This document shows, piece after piece, positions 19,249 to 26,501 of a DNA stretch of 64,000 bases. The stretch's first letter is position 1; each line of letters starts with the position of its first letter. Origin of the DNA: Archangium sp. (GTDB taxonomy: Bacteria > Myxococcota > Myxococcia > Myxococcales > Myxococcaceae); the NCBI GenBank assembly GCA_031367385.1, contig JANLPS010000027.1, positions 31,650 to 95,649 of the forward strand, read 5' to 3'. The position numbers and the translations under genes were made by a program. Under the pieces are notes generated by a model. That model was not told the DNA's origin and did not search any database. It saw only the letters and a list, made by a program, of their open reading frames with translations.

Positions 19249-20450
19249 GAGTCGAGCGCTCTGACTTTGCGAGCCAGCTCGAGCAGTGTCGGGTCTTCGG
19301 CGTGGTTGGCCTCGAGCGCCTCGAGCACTGGCTTCGCTTGCAGCGGCTGCTTCGCCGCCAGCGCCGCCTCGAGCAGAATGCGAGCGTCCCAGAATTCTTT
19401 CTGCACCTGCCAGTTGGCCACGGCGAGCTCGAGGGCCCGGGGTGCGTCGCGGTCGACCCACAGCACGAACCGGGCCTCTTCGCGGCGATGCAACGAATCT
19501 CCGCGGAGGTGACTCGCAGCGTACCGGCCGCGGAGCTCGTCGGCGTCGTCTTCGCTGTGACCCAGGGCGGTGTTGGCCAGCGCGCGGCGCAGCAACAGCC
19601 CGTCGTCGGTTCGGTCATCACCGAGCACCCTGAGCACCTCGGTGGGCCGCTTCGCGTCGAGCAAGAAATCGGCGTACGCGGAGACCAAGAAGTGATCGCC
19701 CGGGTCGATGGCGAGGGCCCGCTGCAGGCTGGTCTCGACGGCGGCGGTCTGCCCGCTGTGAGCGGCGGCCTCGGCGAGGGTCGAGAGCGCCCAGGCTTTC
19801 TCCTGAGGGTTCAGCCCCGAGGTCTCCTGGCGCAGGAGCGTGTCGAGGCGCTGATACGACTCGAGTGCTTTGCCGTGCTGGCTCTGCGCATTCGTCATGC
19901 ACACCGTCTCGACGAACACGCCGCTCAGCGCACCCAGGGGGCGACAGCTCTGCTCTGACTGGGTGTAGTCACCGCGAACGGCGAGCACCACCGCGCGGGT
20001 GAGCCACGCCTGCGCGTTGTTCGGGTCGCGGCGCAGCAACGTCTCGAGGTCGATGAGCGATTCTTCGAAGCCGTGCATCGTTTGCTTGATGGTCGCGCGC
20101 AGCAGCAGCACATCGTCGGGCGGCTCGGCCTGACTCCACCAGGGAGCGAGCGCGGCCTGGGCGTACCCGATGTGCCGCGGGTCACCATTGGCACGGCCCT
20201 GCTGCAGCTCGAGGCGGGCGAGCTCGACGGCGGCGGCCTGGTCGGCGGGGTTCGTGACGAGGGCAGCACGCAGCGCCTCGGTCTTCTGCGAAGAAGGGTC
20301 ATTGGCGCGTGCGGTGACGTGCTCGAGCACCTCATCGGGCGAGCTGGGCAGGTGCCCTTCGGTCTCTTCAGGCACCGCGCGCCGATAGACCGCGGAGATG
20401 GCCAGCAGGCCACCGGTGATCAACACCACGACCAGCAATGCACGCCGCAC
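19245..20450 (-). CDS. Exported TPR-repeat protein of DUF4331/HupE clusters
   Basis: GDPRHIGYAQAALAPWW, HRREEARF, NWQVQKE; ATGA overlap with the HupE/UreJ gene. Confidence 0.85.
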   Translation of the reverse strand: MRRALLVVVLITGGLLAISAVYRRAVPEETEGHLPSSPDEVLEHVTARANDPSSQKTEALRAALVTNPADQAAAVELARLELQQGRANGDPRHIGYAQAALAPWWSQAEPPDDVLLLRATIKQTMHGFEESLIDLETLLRRDPNNAQAWLTRAVVLAVRGDYTQSEQSCRPLGALSGVFVETVCMTNAQSQHGKALESYQRLDTLLRQETSGLNPQEKAWALSTLAEAAAHSGQTAAVETSLQRALAIDPGDHFLVSAYADFLLDAKRPTEVLRVLGDDRTDDGLLLRRALANTALGHSEDDADELRGRYAASHLRGDSLHRREEARFVLWVDRDAPRALELAVANWQVQKEFWDARILLEAALAAKQPLQAKPVLEALEANHAEDPTLLELARKVRALDS

Positions 20451-20458
20451 ACCGCTTT

Positions 20459-20485
20459 ATACGGCTCGGCCCCGGGGTTGGACTG
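20459..20485 (-). promoter_or_regulatory. Candidate ECF promoter CAGTCC-N15-CCGTAT for the TPR-HupE operon
   Basis: Shared pattern; -10 ends 8 nt before the GTG start. Confidence 0.5.
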
Positions 20486-20579
20486 TCGAATTTTCATGCT
20501 TTGCACCGCGCTCGGGCATCGAAAGGCCCGGTGAGGGGTTATTCCCCCGCCGCGCCCCTTTTTCTCCAAGGAGTACGCA

Positions 20580-20930
20580 ATGCGTTACGTATCTTCACTC
20601 TGGCTGATGCTGCTGTTTTCGAGTGTCGCGCTCGCGTCAGAGCCGACCGAGAACGACAAGATTCACTACCTGCTCTCCGCTGTCGGTTCGAGCGAGGCCA
20701 CCTTCATTCGCAACGGGTCTGAGCATTCGGCCACCGAGGCGCAGACGCACCTCGAAGAAAAAATGAAGGCCGCCGGGAGCAAGGTCAAGACGGTCGATGA
20801 CTTCATCACCCTCATCGCCTCGAAATCATTTCAGACCGGCAAGCCCTATCTCCTCAAAACGAAAGACGGGAAAACGGTCGAAGTGGCCGTGTGGCTGCGC
20901 GAGAAGCTCAAGCAGATGCCGAGCCGGTAG
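20580..20930 (+). CDS. DUF5329 (YfeK-like) exported protein
   Basis: FIRNGSEH...AQTHL, DDFITLIASKS...GKPY; AAGGAG RBS. Confidence 0.85.
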   Translation: MRYVSSLWLMLLFSSVALASEPTENDKIHYLLSAVGSSEATFIRNGSEHSATEAQTHLEEKMKAAGSKVKTVDDFITLIASKSFQTGKPYLLKTKDGKTVEVAVWLREKLKQMPSR

Positions 20931-20962
20931 CCTCGCCAGCAGATTCAGGCGGAAGGGGTGCT

Positions 20963-21406
20963 TCAAGGCCCGGCGTCGGCGGCTTCGGTCACCGCGCAGG
21001 TCGCCGGGTCATAATTCTTGCCAATGAATTCAGAGGGAAAGACGCGTCTGGTGATCACCTCGGCGACCTCCGGGGTCAAGGTCGAGCCGGCTGAGCAGTC
21101 ACCCGCGATGGTGCCTGGTGCGAGCTCGATGCGGAGCGTCTCGCTGCGGGCGACCTGCCAGGGGTTGTTCGACGTGACCGCGATCAGGGAGCCCTTGCGC
21201 GAGAGCAGCGCGTACGCCGTGTCGCTGGTGGGCACCAGCCGCTGCTCGGCCGAGGTCTCGCCGGGAGAAAGAGGGTCGGGGAAGAGGGTGGTCGCCCACC
21301 AGACCTTGGAGACCTCGGTGTCGTCGGTGAAGGCGTTGAGCACCACGCCAGTCGTCGGCGTGTCGCAGCCTGAAAGACACAGCGCTATCAGCACGAAGTT
21401 TTTCAT
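20963..21406 (-). CDS. Lipoprotein directly downstream of the TonB-dependent receptor
   Basis: MKNFVLIALCLSGC lipobox; starts 2 nt after the receptor stop; two further Cys; ends ADAGP. Confidence 0.8.
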   Translation of the reverse strand: MKNFVLIALCLSGCDTPTTGVVLNAFTDDTEVSKVWWATTLFPDPLSPGETSAEQRLVPTSDTAYALLSRKGSLIAVTSNNPWQVARSETLRIELAPGTIAGDCSAGSTLTPEVAEVITRRVFPSEFIGKNYDPATCAVTEAADAGP

Positions 21407-21408
21407 AT

Positions 21409-23865
21409 CTAGTCCAAGAAGACGGTGGCCGTCAGGCGAGCGGTGAAGGGGTAGGCCGGCGTAAAGTTGACGTCGTCGCACCCGGCGAATGAGCCGTTGG
21501 CTGAGGCGACGAGCCGGCCTTTGCTGCCGCAGTTGAAGCCCGCTGGCACGGGGCTCCCGAGGGCGGGCTCGGTGCGCAGCCGGCTGGTGGTGGCGAACTG
21601 AGCCGAGCGGTAATTGCCATTGAGCAGGTTCTCGATGTCGAGCGCCACGTCGAAGCGGCGGTGCCGGTAGCCCACGTGCACATCGAACTGGGTGAACCCG
21701 GGAGCCACCAAAGCTCCGTCGTCAGACGCAGGCCGGTCGCCGATGCCGTAGAACCGAAGGCCGCCGCGAAGAACGCCGGGCCCGAGCTCGTGCCGCGCCG
21801 AGAGGCCGCCCGACCACGTCTGCTTGGGCGCCAACGCCAACCCCCCGCCATTCGCGCGGTCTTGACTGAATTGCGACTTGGTGAAGGTGACGTCGAGGTC
21901 TGCCGCGAGCCACTTGGTAATTTCGAAGCGGGTCTCGAACTCGACGCCGTAGCGATTGGTCGCCGCGTTCACACCAGTGGTGCCGTCGTCTCCGCTCCAA
22001 GTGGTCTCGTTGGCCAAGTCGAGCTGCCAGAGGGCCGCGGCGAAGTCCCATCGGTTGAAGAGCCTCGTTCTCGCGCCGACCTCTTCTCCAATCGCGCGGG
22101 TCAGTGGGTTCACCGACGGCGAAGAGAACACACCGCGCACATCGTTCGAGTGAAAGCCGTGCCCATAGTTCAGGTAAACGTCGAGCTGCGCGTTCTCAAG
22201 GCTTACCGGAGTGACGATCGCCGAGAGCTTCGGGCTGAGTTGCACGGCACCACCAACGCCACTCTTCGGAGCGGTCGGGTCGGCGCTGCTCAACCGGTTG
22301 TCGACCCCAAACGAGATCGAGTCTGCCCGGCCTCCGAGGTTGAAGCGCAGCCAGCGGGTGGGGCTTATCTCTTCGTTCGCGTAGAGCCCGATGAAGGTCT
22401 GATGCACGTCATTGTTGCGCGAAGTGCTCAGCTGAGTGCGATGCACGGTGCTCCACAGCTCTTCGTGAATGTCGTCACTGCGAAGGTCGGCGCCGATGCT
22501 GCTGTCGAAGCGCCAGGTGCCGAGCTCTTGAATGACTCGGTAGCTGACCTTGCCGCCGTAAAAGAGGCGCCGGTCGACCTGCTCGATTTCATCGCCGTTA
22601 TCGGGGTCGCGCAGATTGAGTGTGAAGTTCGAGAAGAGATTGAAGCGATAGGTCGCGCCATAGAGCATGGCCTTGAGCTCGCTCTTGTCGGTGGGCCTCA
22701 GCCGGTACTGCACCGAGAGCTGGTGCCGCGCGCTGTCGCCGCCCTCATCAGGGTCGATCGAGCCGAAGCGTGAAATCAAGCCCTGCTCTACGCCGCGCGC
22801 GGGTATCTGGCCCGAGCCGTGCCAGTCGCCGCCGTAGCTCATCTCGGTGATCGACAGGTCTGAATTCACTGTCGGGTGAAAGGTGATTTTATTGAAGAGT
22901 TTGTAGCGATTCCACTGCTCTGGGTTGTCGAATGGCCCGTTGGCGCGGCCTGCTTCCGCAGCGAAGGTGGCGGTGACGTTCTCGAGCTTCGGGCTGGCAA
23001 TGAGCAAGGCTCGGTACGTTGGGGCCCCGTGCCCGGGAGATCCTCCGAAGCCCAGCCCGACTGAGCTGTGCTCGAAGTCATCTCGGGTCAGCATGTTGAC
23101 CGAGCCGGCGGTCGCGAAGTCGCCTTGGCTGGCGAAGTAAGGGCCTTTGGTGACTTCGACCTTCTCGACCACCTCGGGGATGATGAAGTTGGTGTCGGTG
23201 TAGCCCTGCCCGTGGGCGTGCGAGACCATGTTGATGGGCACTCCATCGATGGAGATCGCCAGGTCGGTGCCGTGGTCGGCGTCGAAACCGCGCAGAAAAT
23301 ATTGGTTCGCCTTGCCGCCGCCCGAGTGCTGCACCATCACCAGGCCCGGCGTGACGCGCAGAATGTCTTGCACGCTGCCGATGGGGCGCAGCGCGAAGTC
23401 TCGGTCGCGCACCGAGAATGAAGAGGCGGCGCTGATCGGCCGCTGGGCCAAGACCGTCGTGGTCATCGGCGCGGTGGGCACGAGCACCAGAGGCGCATCG
23501 ACTGGCGGCGTGAAGACCGAGGTGTATTTCACCACCACCGGCGTCGGCACCCCGTTCATCGTCGCGGGCTCGAAGACGTACTGGCGCGCCGCGACGCTGG
23601 CGGCCTCATCGAAGCCGTGGCCTGCCGACTCGGTCACGCGCAGGTCGACGACCTTGCCCTGCTCGTTGACCAACAGCTCCAGACCGACGCTGCCCGCGAT
23701 GCGCTGCCGAAGGGCGTCAGGTGGGTACTCTGCTTCGACCGAGGTCTTGAGCTCAGGTGGGTCGAAATCAACGCCTGCATCGGCAGACGCTCCAAACCCG
23801 ACGTCTGCCGTGTGGGCGAACGCCGAGGTACTGACAACACAGAACAAGACTCGCGTGAAGTTCAC
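21409..23865 (-). CDS. TonB-dependent receptor with fused N-terminal TonB C-terminal domain, probable metal uptake
   Basis: AEYP...GSVGLELLVNEQGKV...SAGHGFDEAA (TonB_C); plug HSGGGKANQYFLRGFDADHGTD and SHAHGQGYTD; beta-barrel ending VFLD. Confidence 0.9.
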   Translation of the reverse strand: MNFTRVLFCVVSTSAFAHTADVGFGASADAGVDFDPPELKTSVEAEYPPDALRQRIAGSVGLELLVNEQGKVVDLRVTESAGHGFDEAASVAARQYVFEPATMNGVPTPVVVKYTSVFTPPVDAPLVLVPTAPMTTTVLAQRPISAASSFSVRDRDFALRPIGSVQDILRVTPGLVMVQHSGGGKANQYFLRGFDADHGTDLAISIDGVPINMVSHAHGQGYTDTNFIIPEVVEKVEVTKGPYFASQGDFATAGSVNMLTRDDFEHSSVGLGFGGSPGHGAPTYRALLIASPKLENVTATFAAEAGRANGPFDNPEQWNRYKLFNKITFHPTVNSDLSITEMSYGGDWHGSGQIPARGVEQGLISRFGSIDPDEGGDSARHQLSVQYRLRPTDKSELKAMLYGATYRFNLFSNFTLNLRDPDNGDEIEQVDRRLFYGGKVSYRVIQELGTWRFDSSIGADLRSDDIHEELWSTVHRTQLSTSRNNDVHQTFIGLYANEEISPTRWLRFNLGGRADSISFGVDNRLSSADPTAPKSGVGGAVQLSPKLSAIVTPVSLENAQLDVYLNYGHGFHSNDVRGVFSSPSVNPLTRAIGEEVGARTRLFNRWDFAAALWQLDLANETTWSGDDGTTGVNAATNRYGVEFETRFEITKWLAADLDVTFTKSQFSQDRANGGGLALAPKQTWSGGLSARHELGPGVLRGGLRFYGIGDRPASDDGALVAPGFTQFDVHVGYRHRRFDVALDIENLLNGNYRSAQFATTSRLRTEPALGSPVPAGFNCGSKGRLVASANGSFAGCDDVNFTPAYPFTARLTATVFLD

Positions 23866-23876
23866 GGTGTCTCCGC

Positions 23877-23937
23877 AAAAAAAAGTGGGCCAACGACCAG
23901 TCGCGACGAAAGAGAAACGTCGTTCGACTAGGGGCCC
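23877..23937 (-). terminator. Attenuator-like hairpin plus U8 tract overlapping the last codons of the upstream leader ORF
   Basis: Minus strand: GGGCC-C-CUAGUCG-AA-CGACG-loop-CGUCG-CGACUGG-UCGUU-GGCCC-AC-U8, then GGAG RBS and the receptor GTG. Confidence 0.6.
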
Positions 23938-24233
23938 TGCGGCATCTCGGAGGTGCGGTGACGCTCGACGAAGGGCGCTCTGGGTGAGGGGGCTTCGACG
24001 ACTCGCGAAGCCACCAGCACCAGCGGTACCACCACAGTCACCGGCGGCGACGAGAGCAACGCGCGCTGATGCTCGAAGCTGCCTTCACCGTGCGTCGCAG
24101 AGCTGGGCAACGACCCTGCATGCGTGTGTGCGTGCCCGTGAGACGACGCGTGCACGAGCGGTGCAACCACCAACGCCCAACCGAGCAGCCCGAGGGCCAG
24201 CAGCGAGAGCTCGAATCGGTCGCGGCGTTGCAT
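23928..24233 (-). CDS. His-rich membrane-targeted small protein, DUF2946/CruR-like leader
   Basis: N-terminal hydrophobic helix, HASSHGHAHTHA...HGEGSFEH, Pro-rich tail PSPRAP...MPQGP; 62 nt upstream of the receptor. Confidence 0.7.
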   Translation of the reverse strand: MQRRDRFELSLLALGLLGWALVVAPLVHASSHGHAHTHAGSLPSSATHGEGSFEHQRALLSSPPVTVVVPLVLVASRVVEAPSPRAPFVERHRTSEMPQGP

Positions 24234-24314
24234 TCGGGTCGGCCTCTTACCAGGAGCCGAATCGGGCCATGGCAGCTTTCACCACACGTATTCGGAGCCC
24301 GAGGTCGATTGGAT

Positions 24315-24764
24315 TCAGCGAACCCAAATCACGCCCTCCATCGTGGGCGCGTGGTTGTCGCAGAAATACGGGTAGATACCCGGGTTCTGAAAGGTCACGA
24401 CATCGTTGTCAGCGCCCGAGTCACGGCGAATGATCGGCGTGGGCAGGGTGCCGCCAGTGCCGTGGTACTCGCCAGGCACCAGCGGGTGAACGCTGAAGTT
24501 GCCGACGAACGTGGCACTCTGGCCGGCCGAGATGATCAGACACTTGGGTGAGTAGCCGAGGGCCGGGCTGTCGCGCGCGGTGCCGAAGCCGATCTCGCGT
24601 TCTCCTGAGCGGCCGTCGACGAAGGCCTCGCTGGTGCAACCGTGAAAAACAGTCGGCACCACCGCCCCGGCATCGCTCGAAGCCACTCCCGAGTCGGCCC
24701 CGGAGACAGACGCCTGACCGCACCCGCTGAGCGCACCGATGATTAAGAGAGAGAACGATTTCAT
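24315..24764 (-). CDS. Plastocyanin/azurin-like cupredoxin lipoprotein
   Basis: Lipobox LSGC; type-1 copper ligand pattern H...YPYFCDNHAPTM. Confidence 0.85.
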   Translation of the reverse strand: MKSFSLLIIGALSGCGQASVSGADSGVASSDAGAVVPTVFHGCTSEAFVDGRSGEREIGFGTARDSPALGYSPKCLIISAGQSATFVGNFSVHPLVPGEYHGTGGTLPTPIIRRDSGADNDVVTFQNPGIYPYFCDNHAPTMEGVIWVR

Positions 24765-24822
24765 CTCGCCTCACTAATGGGTCGCCTGACCGATTTCTTG
24801 AAACAAATTTCGACCTCGACCG

Positions 24823-24849
24823 AAATCCACTCCGCGGCCAGGCCCGAAT
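24823..24849 (+). promoter_or_regulatory. Candidate ECF promoter AAATCC-N15-CCGAAT for the ferritin-like operon
   Basis: Resembles the SigK-type consensus CCATCC-N15-CCGAAT as I recall it; shared with two other operons here. Confidence 0.55.
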
Positions 24850-24890
24850 GATGGCGCTCAGCGTTTCACGATTCTTCAAAAGGAGACCCC

Positions 24891-25586
24891 ATGATCGAAA
24901 AACTGAATCACCTCTCACGTCGCGACGCGGTGCTGACCAGCGCGGCTGGCCTCGGCATTGCGGCGGTGGCGCTCACCTCAGGCGTGGCCCGCGCTCAGTC
25001 GGCCGATGACTCGGCGGTGCTCAAGGCGCTCATCAAAGCCGAGCGAAACGCGATCAAGACCTACGAAGCGGGCGCGGGGGTCATTGACGCGGCTCCGACG
25101 ACCGACGGGCTCAACGCCTACCGGGGCATCGTCAAAGCCATCGCGCTGCACTTTCGCGCGCAGCACGTCGACCACGAGGCCAAGCTGGTGAAGTACCTCA
25201 CCTCGCAGGGCGGCACCGATGACGTCGGCGCCGGCACGGCTCAAATACCTTCGGGTTTCGTGGCGAACATCAAGAACGTCGTCGATTTGGCAACCAACGC
25301 CGAGCGCGCCGCCGCGATCGCCTACACCGACGTACAAAAGTCGATTACCAAGGCCGAGAACGCCGAGCTGGCCGCCGCGATTGGCTCTGACGAGACGATG
25401 CACTTCGTGGTGCTTCAGCTGGTCGCCCGCGGGTTCGTGGTGCCGGCCGCGGCGACGCAGGGCAAGACGGCCGACGAGCTGGCTTCGGCCGCCGCCAAGT
25501 TCGCCGCCCGCAGCTTCGTGGTGACCATCGACGGAGCGCCCGGCCTCGATGACCCCACGCTCGCCTACTACGACGTGACCCAATGA
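24891..25586 (+). CDS. Tat-exported ferritin-like domain protein
   Basis: LSRRDAV twin-arginine signal; AERNAIKTY...QHVDH...AERAAAIAY...DETMH four-helix pattern; AGGAG RBS. Confidence 0.85.
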   Translation: MIEKLNHLSRRDAVLTSAAGLGIAAVALTSGVARAQSADDSAVLKALIKAERNAIKTYEAGAGVIDAAPTTDGLNAYRGIVKAIALHFRAQHVDHEAKLVKYLTSQGGTDDVGAGTAQIPSGFVANIKNVVDLATNAERAAAIAYTDVQKSITKAENAELAAAIGSDETMHFVVLQLVARGFVVPAAATQGKTADELASAAAKFAARSFVVTIDGAPGLDDPTLAYYDVTQ

Positions 25587-26317
25587 CTTCGAAAGGCAAC
25601 GACCCCATGACTGTGAACAAAGACTCCTTGAATCGTCGCTCGTTGTTGCGTGGCGCAGCAGTGGTTGGCGCGACCGCGGCCGTGGCCGCTGCGTGCGGCG
25701 CGGCTCCCACCAGCACCACCGTCGATGCGGGCAGCGGCAGCGACGCGGGCGTCAACCCCGACATCGCCAACCTCAACGCGTTGCTCTCGGCTGAGTACAA
25801 GGCCATCGACGCCTACACGCAGGGCGCGGGCGTGCTGGCGGCCGATTCGTCAGATCTCGGCAAGCTGGTGCTCGCCGTGGCAGTCGAATTTCAAAGCGAC
25901 CACAAAGCCCACGCCGCGCTGCTCGACCACACCATCACCTCGCTGGGCGGCACGCCGACCACTGCGGCAGAGAACAAGTTCACGCTGCCTGCTGGGTTCA
26001 AGGCGTCGACTCCCAACGTGATGAAGCTGGCGTGCAACGCCGAGCGAGCGGCAGCGGTGGCGTACAACCAGGTGCTCAAGGGCCTCACCACCAAGAACAA
26101 CCGCTTCATCGCCGCGGCCATCGAGGGTGACGAGACGCAGCACTACGTGGTGTTGGCGGCGCTGATCGAAGGGTTGGTCACGCCGACCGCAAATCTCACC
26201 GCGACCTCGAATGCCGACAAAGTCGTGCCACAGTCGTACGTGTCAGCCACGACCGACCTGGGCGGAGCGGCCGGCCTCCAAGCCGAGAGCGATCAAGCAA
26301 CCAACGACATGATGTAG
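25583..26317 (+). CDS. Tat-exported ferritin-like lipoprotein, paralogue of the upstream gene
   Basis: LNRRSLL with lipobox AAAC; AEYKAIDAY...DHKAH...AERAAAVAY...DETQH. Start may be 25607. Confidence 0.85.
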   Translation: MTSKGNDPMTVNKDSLNRRSLLRGAAVVGATAAVAAACGAAPTSTTVDAGSGSDAGVNPDIANLNALLSAEYKAIDAYTQGAGVLAADSSDLGKLVLAVAVEFQSDHKAHAALLDHTITSLGGTPTTAAENKFTLPAGFKASTPNVMKLACNAERAAAVAYNQVLKGLTTKNNRFIAAAIEGDETQHYVVLAALIEGLVTPTANLTATSNADKVVPQSYVSATTDLGGAAGLQAESDQATNDMM

Positions 26318-26501
26318 CTGCGACGCTTACGGTTGAATGACGACCTCGGTGGCGCCGGTGCTCGAGGCTCCGGCGACCACCGCCATGCGAAAGTACTCGG
26401 TTACTCCAATCGGCCACCGGAGCGCCATTCGCCAGGGCTCCGGGTGCCTTGGGGCTGAAAGCTGATCAACACCGCGCGCCGATGGTAGGCTGAGCGCGCC
26501 T

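Noticed and set aside
24234..24314. Cobalamin or other riboswitch upstream of the TonB receptor unit
   Set aside because: No B12-box or other aptamer consensus recognisable by eye; a covariance-model search would be needed to exclude one.
26327..26430. Short minus-strand frame ending YFRMAVVAGASSTGATEVVIQP
   Set aside because: Looks like a gene 3' remnant but is too short to assign and has no credible start.
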